This document shows, one piece after another, positions 13,101 through 26,827 of a stretch of 64,000 nucleotides of DNA (the stretch's first letter is position 1; the number at the start of each line of letters is the position of its first letter). Position numbers and translations under genes: made by a program. The DNA is from Neodothiora populina (taxonomy: Eukaryota): assembly GCF_041146345.1 (NCBI RefSeq), contig NW_027191408.1, positions 992,001 to 1,056,000 of the forward strand. The letters are read 5' to 3'. The notes under the pieces are model-generated. The model saw nothing but the letters and a program-made list of their open reading frames with translations. It was not told the origin of the DNA and searched no databases.

Positions 13101-16100
13101 CTCGGCCGATCTGCGCGTCACAAACTATTATCTAGACCTTCAGACTGATATCAGTCCCATCGCCATCTCGTGGTCAGGTCTCTCAGGCAAGGCTGATCTT
13201 GATGCCTCGAAGCCTCAGATTCTGATTGATTATGCATCGATTGTGGGCCACCGGCTCTTCGGACTACCCCCAACCGAACCTGCATACGTGGACACCTGGG
13301 CCGTAGAACTAGGTAGCGTCTCTGGCGACTGCTCGTTGCAGTTTGTAGAAAACCTTGCCAAAGCTGGCAGAGCATTTGCATTTGCTCTCGCTGATAGCGA
13401 GAATGCTTTGCCCCTTGCACAGACTCCACCCATCCCGAGTATCACTTTTTTGAGCTTGAAGACCGGGAGTGTTTGCCTTTGGATAAACGATGGATTGGCT
13501 GCGACGCGAATCTGCACAGATCCGATCGCACTGTCGCAGAATGATCGTGCTGATAAACTATTTTCTTCTCGCATGCGCCTCGTTATACCTAACCTCACTG
13601 CTACCTGTGTGGAGGCCGACTCTGCATCTCGCCACCACTTGAAGATAAATGAAGAGCCAGCGAAGTGCATGGCCTACATACAAACAAGCATCGAGCTCAA
13701 CACTGTTTCTCGCAAGGCTCACTTCCATGAGGAATATCGCAAACAGCAGCAGCACATTCGCCGTCATGACAGCCGTAGCAAACGTGCTCAATTCCTCATA
13801 GACCGAGCGTTAGATGGCAACAGTATCTTTGACAATTTCGATCAAGAAATTGACGGCTCGGACCTCCCGCCTCCCTCCATGTCTCTCCCAGGACTGCCGT
13901 TGCCTATGGTTGGCCCGATATCCCGTGCCAACAAAAGAGCAGGTACAATATCGTCTCAGTCGGCAACAGGTCCCATGGCATATTCTGTGGCGGAACCTCC
14001 AAGTCCAGGGACGAAGGCAGACCAACAACATCCGGCGTTTGACAGCGGTGGACGTACGGCATCTGACTTGAGTACTGTCAACCTATGGAGTCAGTTCGCT
14101 GCACCTGATGATCACTTCTCTCACGTTGATGTGGACCTCAGCCAAGTTCCCACTTTCACAAACACAGTGGACTACGAAGATGACGTATCCCTGCTTTCGC
14201 TAAGTGACGGCGGCTACAACTTCGATGCGAACAACGACTCGGACCAGCATACACTCATGATTCGTCTGCATCCAGGCATACGTGTATATGTGGAGCCTCG
14301 TATCAGTGAGCCAGTGCTCAACATCATCGATGCCGTCCTTCCTACACGTCCCATCGATGTGATGGACAAGTTTCAGATAGACGTCATGAGCCAGGTCGAA
14401 TTGGGTCTTCTACAAAGGAGCAGCCAAAGCACCATGACAGAACTGAACCTAGTGATACCTAGCATCGACATCCGTCTTTGCAACGACCGAGAAGGAGACA
14501 TGGCTTCAATACCATCAGACATGGCTCATGATCAGCTGGATGTCAACTTGAGCTATCTAAATCTGACTCTCAGACAGCGCCGTCAAGCCGCAAAGGTAGA
14601 TGTTGACTCGATGTTCTCGTTACACCTAACGCTTGAGTCTGCTCTGACTAAGCTCTCTAATATCTCGGCCGCGAACCTCATCCAAGGAGATGCCATCCGC
14701 CTTGGTGTTGGTGATGTTCTCGTTTGGCTCGTACTTTCTCGGACCAGATCCATACACGTATCATTCAAAGATCTTCTTGCGATGGTCTCTGGACAACAGT
14801 CTACCTATCTCGCCGCAGTGTTCTCCAAGTACGCTGTGATAGGCACGTCAATACAGAAGCGCGCAGATGCTATTCAGAGGACAGCCAAGGCAAGATTAAG
14901 GTATCTAACAGACTACTTGACCGGTCATTCCAGTGTCTCCGCGGATCCTCCATATTTGTCGCGTATGACATTTGTATTACGAGCCTTTCCGGATCACTTC
15001 AGAAATCAAGACTCATGGAAGATCGTCGCACGCTTTCGGCATATCTACGACGGTCTAGGTCGTCGTGATCGTGCGGAGCTTGAGAACGCAATCTTTAAAG
15101 GCTGGGAAAGTACTATGAAACCATCAGCCATACTGGACCAATGGGCGGAATGGTGTAGCTGGGATATACCCAACATCGGAAAGACTCATGTCTTCAGGAT
15201 GTTGTTAGGTGATGCTGATGCTAGAGAACCAGTAGACGAAGTACATCCGATGGAGCTTACGCTACGCGTGGGCAATTTGCATGTCTCGGTAGAATCTGGA
15301 CACAAGTCAAGTGATGTTTCATTAGGTGGTCTTTCCCTTGGACTGCAGATTGTTCCGCCTAGTCGCCCGTCGGGTCTTATGCTTGTCGAAGAGAACTTGC
15401 GTACGAAGACCATCGTGCAAGCTCACACTGCACTTATGATGATTCGACTAGACTGGGAGATTCTTGACCAGGCCGAGGACTTTATCGACATCTACTGTAC
15501 ACAAGTCGCGCCGGCCATGGACATATTGCCCGATGATGGAGGCACAAATAACGTCGAAACTGATGATAACATATTCAGACAAGACATACATATCGTGGTC
15601 TCGAACGATCGTACCGTCATTGAACTGGAAACGATCAATCTTCGACATGTCTCAGAAGGCGAGAACATGCAGTTGTCTTTGATCGGCACGAGCAGAGCAT
15701 CTGAGGACTACGGATCGTGTATAAGCCTGCTTACTACTGTTGGCCATGCGTCTACAGAATTGAGCAGCGAGTATTCCAAGATCTACCGCACAGATCTCGC
15801 TGCTCCCAACATATACTTTGATTACAGGCAAAGACTAAATAGTGATGCGATTGAGATCAACCTTGGCGGTTCTTATAAAGAAATGACGATTAGTCTACAA
15901 CAAGGTATTCTCGACTTGCTTGAGACAGCAGACTCTGTGCTGGCAGATGAAGTGAGCTATATCAAGAGCTTGCAGCAGAGAGTGGTGGAGCAGCATGGCT
16001 ACGCACCATCGAAACCGAAAGCGAAGAAACCAGAGAAAACCTTCCATTTCAATGTTGCGTTTATGGCTGGTAAATTTGCATTCACAATTGCTCTGCTTCA

Positions 16101-19100
16101 AGCATTGAATCTTTCCATTACAGGCGAGACTGCGAATCTCAAAATCAGACCCAAAATGGGCGCTGAGACAGCATTTGACATTGAAGCGCATCTTGGAGAG
16201 ATCGAATATGCTCTCGTCCGTAAGCAGGACGGACACACCGGTCAGAAAGCTACCTTCCATACCCCGACAGCGTCTGCTCTAGTTGGCGTCAACATTTCCG
16301 GGGACAAAGTGGATCTTGCCGTCACTGCCATTATACAGAGAATCATGCTCGAAGCCACTTCTGTGCAGAGTGCACTGTCGATAATAAATCGTCCAGAAGT
16401 GCAGAGTGTCTTCAAGGCCATGAAGAACCAAGTCGCCGAGGTGCAACAACGAGTAACGGATATCTTCCCGGAAAAGGAGCCGCATCCGCATACTGCAGCC
16501 AAAGGTGAAAAGGTCTTTATATACGATGTCAAGTCCACACTTGCCGGTCTGAAGGTGGTCGCGAGCGCACCAGCAATGAGCATTGGCAAAGCCCGCGCGG
16601 AGCTCTCGTTTGGTTTTGGTAGCGTACGAGGTGTAGCCTCAAATGCTGGGCTCAAAGATAGTGGAGGCATGCCGAACGTGTTCGTTCAGATCCAGGATAT
16701 TGGGGCTTTGCTTACCTTGGTCGAGAACGATAAGCGACATCGATGCGGATATATCTCTCTGGGTATCAGTATCGACTGCTCGACGCACGAGGAAGAATCA
16801 GGGCGGTTGACCAGAGAAGTCAAGGCGAGAAGCGATGCCCTACGAGTCAACATCTTCGCCGAGACGGCATGCACCGTCGTCGATATCGTCACTCACGTTC
16901 AGCGCAAGATCCTAGACCTCGACTTGTCGAGGGAAGTAGAGTACATACGCCGCCTGCGCCATTCGAGGGAGAAGCGTAGACGTGTCGATCTTGACGATGC
17001 GGCTTCCCAGTATGCCGACGCAGCGTCTCGTCACTCGATAGAAGTGGCCAGCCCTCCACCACCCATGACAGACTTCAGTCTTGACCTCAGAAAGATCAGA
17101 GTCGCATGGGTCACCACACCTACCACGCCTGGGTATAGAGAGGAAGATGCTCATGACCTTGAGCTTTCCTTCACTCGCATCAGCCTCATGCTCCAGAAAC
17201 AGAATGAAGCACGACTGTCTATTCAGAACTTCCAGCTCCAAGTGGTACCCAAGAGCCATCCTGGCTTTGATCGTGCAGACAATTCGGCCCTTCTTCCAGA
17301 AGTTGTGTTCACTGTCAGATATGCCACTGTTAGTCAAGGGGTCAAAGTCGCCTTTAATGCAAGCGGCCAAGCTCTCGACCTCAGACTGGATGCTGGGTTC
17401 GTACTTCCTGTAAGTCTGATACATGAATCAATGTCGCAAGCAATCTCGAAATACCATGCGGCTGCCGCTACGTGGCAGACAGAATCAAGCGGCGATACAA
17501 CTTCTCGTAAGAATCCTTTCGGCGACACACGATTGGTCCAACTACAGGCAGATGCGAGATTCGATGGCGCCCATTTTCGCATACAAGGAGATCCTCCGCC
17601 TCAATTCCACGCGTCGATGCATCAGCCACCTGACACGCCGACTAGAGTCAAGAGCAGGCGTAGAAGAGGCTCGCGACCTATCATTGAGACCTCTCTTAGA
17701 GTACCAGGCATCGCCGTGAAGCTCGAGTTCAACTCCGACGATCATCCTGGCAAGTCGTCGGTTCTCAACGGCGAGATCAAGGTGGATGCGTCTAGTAACA
17801 CAGTCTATCCACAATTGGTGCCCATTGTGCTTCAAATTTCCGACAATGTCAAGCAAGTCGTGCGCAAAGCAGAAGCGCACAAGGATGCGAAAGTTACTCG
17901 TAAATCCTCGCAGGTCGTTCTACAAGAAAAAGCGCAAGATATCATCGGCCAGGACTCTTTGTTGACCAAGGACCCCAGTGCGCTGATAGGTAAGCTCCAG
18001 CTGAATCTTGGTTTGCGGATATGCCAACAAGAATTTGGTCTAAGCTGCCAACCAATCGCTCGTGTCAACGCGAAGGCTCAGTTGGAGGACATCTACATCA
18101 CCATGAACACAATCAATTCTGAGCAGTTCGGCCACTTCTTTGCTTTGTCCGCCACATTCACGAAACTCGGAGCTTCAGTGCAGCACGTTTACTCGCGAGA
18201 GTCTACGTTCAGCTTTGAGATGGAGTCTATTGCCTTGTCTTTGATGAACAGTAAACACCTCGGTGCCGGTTCGAGTGGTGTTTCTGCAGTGCTCAAGATT
18301 GCGCCTACACGTACAGCTCTGAATGCACGGCAGGTTCAGGATCTTCTTCTGTTCCGCGAAATCTGGTTCCCGGACGAATTGCGTAGTGCATCTGCCTTCA
18401 GTGGAACATCGCAAAGTCATGCGCAAGAAGAGATCATGGTGCAAAAGTATCAGCATGTCAGTGCGGCTGCAGCGTTCCCATGGAGTGCTACCATCTCTAT
18501 CGCCGACTTGGCCGTCGACCTCGACCTGGGACAAAGCATTGGCAAGTCTTCTTTCACAATCAAGAACATGTGGGCTTGTTCGAAGAAGTCTTCAACTTGG
18601 AAGCAGGACCTGTGCATAGGTCTAGACGCAGTCGGCATCAACAGCACGGGAAGAATGAGTGGATTCGTCGAACTCGAACAAATTGCAGTGCGATCTTCGA
18701 TCGAGTGGCCAACCCCGGACTCTACAATACACAAAGCGCCACTTGTCCAGGCTTCGATTGGCTTTGGAAGACTGAGAGCTAAGAGTTCTTTTGACTACCA
18801 GCCCTTTGGATTTGTCGATGTCGAGGAGTTCAACTTGCTGATGTACAATATTCGAGACCGCAGCAATGCGCCTGATCGTCTTGTGGCCATCTTGGATGGA
18901 AACAAGGTCTTTGCGTTTTGCACATCTACCAGTGCAGCTCAGGCACTGGGGCTCTACCAAGCGTTTGATCGTCTTGTCCAAGAAAAGCAGACTGCTTACA
19001 AGGAGTCGATGCGTGATCTTGCCCATCAATTGAAGCGCAGGTCCGTAAGTCAGTTCCACCAGAGACCTCCCAGTCCAACTCCGTCGAGACCATCGTTGCC

Positions 19101-20046
19101 ACAAGGAGACGAAAAATCGAAGTCGAAATACCCCATTACACTCCACTCGGATGTCGTTGTCAAGCTGCGCCAGATAGCCTTCGGAGCCTTTCCCGGAACC
19201 TTCTTTGACAATCAAGTACTCAAGCTCGAGGCTTCCGACGTGGCTGCACGTTTTGCAGTAGGCTTGGAAGATGACCGTATCCACAGCCATCTCGGCATGA
19301 CACTGGGACAGCTACAAGCAGCACTGGGTTCAGTCAAGAAAGTCAGTGTGCCAAAGACGCTCGGCGACATTTCCATCGACGAAGTCATCGTCAACGCGAC
19401 CGGCGCAAAAGGCGGCACCATCCTGCGCGTACCTCGAGTCGTCGCCAACATGCAGACCTGGCAAGTGCCCAGCGAGAACAAGATCGACTTCATCTTCAAG
19501 TCCCTCTTCGAGGGCAAAGTCGACGTTGGCTGGAACTACAGTCGCATCTCGCAGATCCGTGCCATGTGGAACACTCACTCGCGGACCCTGGCCGCTCGAC
19601 TAGGCAAAGCGCTCCCCGAGTCCGCTGTCAAGATCCGCTCGCCGTCCTTGTCCCAGCAGCCCGACAGCGGCGACGACGAAGCGGCGACCAAATCCGACAA
19701 CGACGTCGACGCCTCAAAAGCCCCCCAGCACCACCAACAACCACCGGCCGCGCCATCAACAAAAGAAACAAGCGCGGACGCAGCACTAGCGTCAGCAGAA
19801 CAAGACGGCAAAATCACCGCCGTGGTGAACGTGCCGCAGAGCAAATACGAATACAACGCCCTCGAGCCACCCGTCATCGAAACGCCGCAGTTGCGCGACA
19901 TGGGCGAGGCGACGCCGCCGCTCGAGTGGATCGGTCTGCACAGGGATCGATTGCCAAACGTCACGCATCAGATTGTCATTGTCACCTTGCTCGAGATTGC
20001 TAAGGAGGTCGAGGACGCTTATGATCGCATTTTGGGATCTGCATAG
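10131..20046 (+). CDS. CSF1: Csf1 / bridge-like lipid transfer protein (BLTP1 family), ~3286 aa; exons 10131-10157, 10213-20046
   Basis: N-terminal TM (FNWVFLIDVIVCLVLALFFLFYWNR), SLLGGRLFFK, GYITWRYW, FYWDVPG, ITYGPWADRQR, KENYFGEFLHFKTLEEY, and C-terminal PQLRDMGEATPPLEWIGLHRDRLP. A 55-nt intron GTAATT..TAG links an ATG in good context (GCCATGG) to the 9.8 kb open frame. Confidence 0.92.
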
Positions 20047-20529
20047 ACATTTCATGGGGTGGGAGCAGCTCTTTCTGTTCACGTTTCCCATTGGTCGGTC
20101 GACAAAAACGTAGGACATGGCATGGGAGCAAAGGGCCATAATATTGCAATGCTTATCATGTGCTTGCAGGAGAAGATACATTCATACATACTAATTTGGA
20201 TCTTTGGAAAAGGCGTTCTCTCAAGAAGAAGGCTTGGTATGACGGGGGAATAAGGAAACAACAGTATCCAAGGCGTGCATAAAACGCATCAGCGAGGAGT
20301 TGAGTTTCTAATTTTAATAATATATATATATATTATTTTCCTTCGAGGATCAACAATACATCTTTGATCTTATACAATATGAACACGAAAGAAGTGAAAG
20401 CGCACTGTCGAGGGCAGACGGCTTTCAAGCGATCAAAATAACAGTGGCACTTCGAGACGGTGATACGCTCGCAACACTAAACCAACAGTACCAGACGCCA
20501 AAGGAGACGGAAAAGCGACAAAAAGAGAA

Positions 20530-20648
20530 ACGTACAGCAGCTGGGATTCCCACGTGGTCACCCACCGTAGTACTAATCAGCCGGTCAACTGCTTATGTCT
20601 GGCAGAGCGGACGGGATGCCCAGTTCTCAGCTGCCTGTGGCCGTACGT
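20530..20648 (-). rRNA. 5S rRNA gene (dispersed copy A)
   Basis: 119 nt ACGTACGGCCACAGG...CCCGTCCGCTCTGCC...TTAGTACTACGGTGGGTGACCACGTGGGAATCC...GCTGTACGT. The ends pair as helix I, a T-rich tract follows (TTCTCTTTT), and TATAAT lies ~30 nt upstream. Confidence 0.95.
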
Positions 20649-23600
20649 AAGTTTACAACATGTTAGGGGAATTATTATACTTTGGATATGATTAGTCGTG
20701 GGGTCGAATAGTGATATCTTTCCGTCTGCTTTGCCAATGTTCGGCTTTTTCTAATATGTTGGTTATTCATGTATTTTGCTTTTTTTTAATGTTTTCGGTT
20801 CTTTTGCACGGCAAGGATGTTTGAACGTTGGAGGCTCGAGTAGATAGTTGCTTACGACGACAAGAATGTTCTCCTACTGGTTCACTGGTATTGTTGATGT
20901 AGTTGCTCTCAGCGGTGGCATATAGAAATGCAAATTGCCCGTCCTCTAAGAGATGGCTACAACAGCAAAGCAGGACCGAGCCAAGTTCTGTGTCATCCGT
21001 GGGTCGAGATTTCTTGCACCTACGCCCCATCTTGTCGTACGTACGTGCTTTTGCTCACAGGGTCCAAGCTAGGAACACAGTCGTCCCGTGTGCATGAGTC
21101 AAGATCGGTAGGTCGCGTGGGAGGGATTGATCTTGGATCAAGAGAGCACACTGCAGTGGCGGTCAACGTCGGGGAACATTATGAATCAATCACGTATTCA
21201 CTGGCTGGCCAGGCCAGGCCAGACCATGCATATTGGCATCGTTTTGCGCCCAACTTTTTGTCTCTCGTCGTGTTATAGTAATTCTGTGGGTAGGATTGAG
21301 TAGAGGCTTGGTGAAGTGGAGAGCGGTACGAGCTTGAATAAAATGAAATATGGGTGCAAAGTGGTTAGTGTGGACCCCTCTTTCTTGAAAGGGAGAAACG
21401 TCTGGAGCGAGCCTTCGAACAGTCGAGGCCGAGGAAAACCTGTGCGGCCTCGTTGCAGTTGGAACATCTGATATTAATGAGGCAAAAGAAAACTCCGTAT
21501 CTGAGGGCATGATGGACTTGAGCTGTCAGTGCGGAGGAAAAGAGTTGAATGTGCTCTGGGCGTGTGAAAGCCTCGATCTAATGTCGGTCATACTTCTTGA
21601 GCCCGATGAGAGAGGTTTCACACCTGCGTTTCATAGCCCAGTGTGCAGGTAGCAACTGCTGACGGCCGAGTGGCTCTAAGAACAAGGAGCAGCTGCTCTT
21701 CGGCAGGCCACGCACGTTCATGTTGACTTATACCTTCGTCACAGGAGACACAGTGCAGGAGACACAGTGCTGTGACTGGAGTCGAGCAATAGTATTAGTA
21801 TCCCCAAGCGGAGCCGATCATGCATCGTGCAATCTAAATCCCGACATAGAAGGTGGTCATGAGTCGGGTAAGTTGACTGGCATTCGCGGTTTGACTATGG
21901 TCCCGCGTCTCAAAATATGTCAGAAGGGATCAAGGTACTGCAGTACTGTTTTTTTCTACGCAATCATGTTGCGCAGAAGCCAGACAGACGACGCTATGCT
22001 TCAATCGGACATCACCATACCTCATTGTCTTGAAAGAAACCTGGAACCGGGTACAAGGATAGGAAAGGAGCGACGAGATCACCATCTGATATCCGTTACA
22101 CATTGCCTTTTGTCATATCAGCTGGCGATTGTAATCGACATGGTAATGTCTGTATATCGTCGAATAACAAAGTCAGGCTCTCAAATAACGACGAGATCAA
22201 CTTGGTCAAGTCAGTCCAATCATGTGTCCAGGCCGAATTGTTCTGCGTCAGGATGTGTGTACTTCGAGTCATTCTAAGCTTAGAGACAGTAAGCACAAGC
22301 ACAAGTGCGCTTTCCTGTTGCGAAGTCTCCACAGAAATCCAGTGCAGCCCTGGTGATGTGCCTACCAATTTGTATGAATGCAAAACATCTTCCCTGCAAG
22401 CTTTCTGGCCATCATGTCTGTTGACCCTGGGAAAACATGACAGCGTGGTATAAGCCTCTCGGACTCAGCATCCTTGGTTTAGCACCCACATCAGCTGGTC
22501 TATATCATTGGTACAGCATGCCAAACGATTCGCACTGAGTCGTGTCACTGAACAGCAAAGGCTAGGGGACAGAGACGACGACTGCCGGACTTTTGCCCTG
22601 ATGTCGCGACTCACGTTGTTTGGTACACCATGGAGTGCAATGTAAGTGTAGGCTGGCCCGGACTTGGTTCTGTAGCGTTTTGTACTGTGAGTCGACGGCA
22701 GAAGAGCAGTCTCAGTCGGGTCGGGTCGACCGGGCAAATACACTTTAATTATATGAACCTTATCCTGTGAACCGCGCAGGGTCCTCCAAGGAATGTTGAT
22801 ATGGACGTAATGACAACACAGTATGAAGCTCCGTCTACGAGTCCGTCTGGTTTCGCAGGGCCAGTAGATTCAAGCGGCAACTTCGGACCGGCGACGGGTC
22901 GATACTTAGCGCAACACGTACTTCACAGATAATCACGAAGGCCTGGTACTTGCTTGTACTGCGCGCTAAGCCCCGTGAAGAGTCCGGACTTCCAGTCCGA
23001 GTTCTCTTATAGGGACCACCCAAAGTTTACCTGCACACATCAGGATCCACTCAGCTCAGCCTCGACAAGCTTTTAAAGTAGCGGCCCTAGATACATGTGG
23101 CGCTGCTTGAGAACTGGGTACGATACGCCCTCTTCGCCTCCTACTTGTCAGGGAATTGCCGAGACGCCAGGTCTAACTGAACGAAGACGGGAGAAGAAAA
23201 TGGCGGTATCGATGAAAACGGAGAATGCGACAGATACTGAGGTACAGCCTCTTACAGACTGTAAAAGCAACGTCACCCTCTTCGAGTCATGAGCAAATGA
23301 CTGAGCCGGAATCGCGGCTTGTCACTATGCCTAAAATCTCATATGACCAACCAAATTCGATAGCGGATCATCAACTAGCCACCTTGAGATATTCCAGCGC
23401 CTTCCTTCGCTCTACGTTTCTGGTGACAGATGATCATGTCCCGTCAATATCGCACCGAGTCCTGGGTCATTGGTACGGTGATAGAGTCTAGTATCATTTC
23501 GGGCAGATCCTCACACTCCTAAGATTATCAGAATTGTAGGGTGTCACGCGGATTGTCCTCAACAAAGCCTTCCTAGACAGTCGAGTGAGAGACATCCGAG

Positions 23601-25374
23601 ACCATCAGTACATTCTGATTCGTGACATCGCCTTTCCCCAGCGATCCTAGGCTATCACTCGCTCTTTCACGACTGATCAGCATGGATCGTAGAAGTATGA
23701 ATGATTGAAAAATTGCTTCCTTACAGAAGACAATGCTTATGCATGCTTAGCTTCGGACGTAAAGCTAAGGACCTTAGGCTTGTGGGTGCTTACCTTAAGC
23801 AGCATTAGACTGCGTTAATTTTCACTTCTGTGACAACAAGGATAGCGAAACAATGTCAGCCCTTCCTTTGAATGCGCGTATTATGCAAGCCGACTTCAAT
23901 TTACACATCTGCTCAGTTTCTTTATCTAAAACTCAAAGCTTTGGTACCGTAGGCGATATGGTTTTGGTCATAAAGAGCAGCCTGTGATTTTGCAATGGGT
24001 CAATATCGCGCCGATAAGGGTTCTGTGGGCTTGCAATGACTCTGGAATCGGCCATCAAATTGTTTGTCGGATGGTGGATTAATGTGGGAGCGCGACACGA
24101 ATGTTTATTACAGGTGCTGTAGTGGTGTGTGCGGGGCTGCTGCAGGGCCAGCCAATCATATGACGCAGTGTTTCTTTCCCCTGCTGATCGCGGTTTCAAA
24201 CGAGAAGCGTTTGAGCCTCAAAGCTTGCAACGACGACGGCCCTCCACTTCTCAAACCCTCGATCCGATGCATGGTAAAGTGCTGTGGGAAACCCTACAGT
24301 CTTACTGCGGATATTTGCCTATCCAGCTTACGGTAATATACAGTGACAATCTTACAGACGTGAGATAGCTGCGCTTGTAGTTCCAATTCCCCGTCCTCGA
24401 ATGCAGGTTCCATGAAGTCAGGCCTGTCCGTCGAAGAGGCAAATGCCGATATGCTGAAACTTGCGTTGCCTCGAAGTCCGTCACATTGTGCTTGACTGGT
24501 AGCGTTCGCCATCCAGAATACCTAGGTAACCTGCATGCAACAATCGGACTAGATGAGGAGATGTACAAGTACTTGTGGCCGGGACAACTACTGCGTGGTA
24601 CTTTCCACCCAATGTTGAGCCACATTATCGACATGGTTCAAGTGGCATACCCCGACTAGTCTACTTGGGCTATTGTTCCACACAGCTTCCACGTTGTGGC
24701 CCTAAGGCGGGGACGTTGAACGACGATCTCGAATTAACTACAGGAACTGGTGCAGACAATAGCAAAACTCTCAAGACCTTCATTCTGAATTTCACACCAG
24801 GAAGCACGAGCGAATGTGGCACGCGGGCGATGACTCGTCAACCAAGTAGTCAACCCTTTGCTGGCTTCGTAGATCTGGTTGATTTTTACTAAAAGCGGCT
24901 CCTTCGTGATGATGAGGGTTTCTTGATCACCATACCCCAGAATACTAGCATATTGACTAGCTCCCTCGCCAATAGATGAACAGGATTCTGGTGGTGAGCA
25001 CGGTCATGGTGGTTCAGACAGAGTTAGATCAGGATGGGTTCCTTGCAAAGCAATGTAGTCCACTGGACTACTTATGCACCATGCTTCTCGCCGTTGATTG
25101 TTGTAACATGTATAGAACCCACAACGCATCACCTATTTTATGCTTCGCACTCCCTTCCTTTTGTCTCAACACACTGAACTCCCTTCGCCATACCTGCACG
25201 GTCCTGTGCCTATTGTCCCACCAGCTGAAGCACATTCGTTCAGCAGACCCTGGGCTTCCGGATACAGAGTCATTGTACGGGAGAAGCTAACTCGATTGCT
25301 GCTTTTCTGCTGGACTGGGACTACTCGAGAAAGCTCTTGCATCACACAGGGAACCTAAGCGTCTGGTCGCCATC

Positions 25375-26827
25375 ATGACGGTGCCGCCTCAATACTTCCC
25401 ATACCCTCTCAGCCAGAAGCCTTTGCCTGACGATCTGCGCCGAGGTCTCTATGCTCCTGGATTACTGGCTGTCTTGTCTACAGTGGGAACCGTTGCCCTC
25501 CTTTCCTTTATTGTCTATCGAATGACAACATGGCAACGACATTATCGGACGTATGTTAGAGCATGTATCTCACATGTCCAGAGGACTAATCCGTAATAGC
25601 TTCGTTGGATACAACCAATATATTGTTCTCATCATGAATCTTCTTCTCGCGGATTTGATCCAAGCTATCTCATTCTTGGTCTCTTTTCATTGGATTCGAC
25701 AAGACGCCATGCTTGCGCCTAGCACGGCCTGCATCTCCCAGGGGTTTCTGCTAAACATCGGCGACCTCTCATCAGGCTTCTTCGTCATGGCGATTGCACT
25801 TCACACTTTCTACACTGCTGTCAAAGGTCGCAGATTAGAGCACAACCATTTCATGTGGTCTGTCATCGCCACGTGGGGTCTCGCTCTCGTACTGAGTATT
25901 GTTGGACCAATAGCGTATGTCTTCTCCTTCGTACACTATATGTTGATACTGACTTTCTCCAGACATGGTAACAAATACTTTGTAAAAGCTGGGGCTTGGT
26001 GTTGGGCAGGTCCGTCCTACGAGAAGGACCGACTGGCTTTGCATTACATATGGATTTTCATCGTCCAATTCGGAACCATCATCATATACGCTGCTGTCCT
26101 GGTTCAACTCAAAACGGCCATGAGGGCCATTGTGCCTAGTATCCGTGCTCAATCTGACACTTTCGCCAAAGTCGATCATGCAGCGAGACTCATGGTTCTA
26201 TATCCTTTCTTTTACATCATCTTGACCCTCCCGCTGTCCGCAGGTCGGATGTGGAGTATGGCTCATAAGGGTACAGAATTACCGAACACCTATCAATGTG
26301 TTGCAGGAGCGCTTCTCTCCAGTTCGGGTTTCGTTGACGCTGCCTTGTACACTCTGACACGCAAGACGCTTTTGGCCGGTGGTTTATCCAAACCAATTCA
26401 CAGTCACAGACATCACATTAACGGAAAAGAGAGCAGTAAGAGCGGGGAAGTCAGTCTCTCTGATCTGCCAGGTGGTATCACTCAGACACGCACTGTCACA
26501 GTGACCGGTCATGTGTTGAAGTTCCCTATGGATGATGAAGAAGACCATCGTGGCAGAAATGTGGACAAGACAGTCTACCATAATTTCGAACGATCCAGCC
26601 ATAGCCCGACTGGGAGCCTCGATCCTATCATCGGTACTGTGGCCAATACAGTATCAGAGAAGACCCACGATAAAGGAGTCAAATTCGCATCCGATGTTCG
26701 CGTAACGGCCACCTCCCTAGACGATGTCAGTGACGATGATAATTCGACGAAGTCCATCAACGCGCACAAGACTTCTCCAAGCGGAGACAACAGGACAGAA
26801 TACAAGGATTTTTCCAGATCGGCATGA
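25375..26827 (+). CDS. Git3/cAMP-receptor-like 7-TM G protein-coupled receptor, ~451 aa; exons 25375-25550, 25600-25914, 25963-26827
   Basis: NQYIVLIMNLLLADLIQAISF, ACISQGFLLNIGDLSSGFFVMAIALHTF, YFVKAGAWCW, RLALHYIWIF, MVLYPFFYIILTLPLSAGRM, SSGFVDAALYTLTR match the fungal Git3-type GPCR pattern. Both introns are GTATGT..CTRAY..YAG. Confidence 0.85.

Noticed and set aside
21190..22453. ORFs of 106-185 aa and a 14-bp tandem duplication (CAGGAGACACAGTG x2 at 21742-21769)
   Set aside because: No recognisable motifs, codon bias or consistent splice structure. The duplication is isolated.
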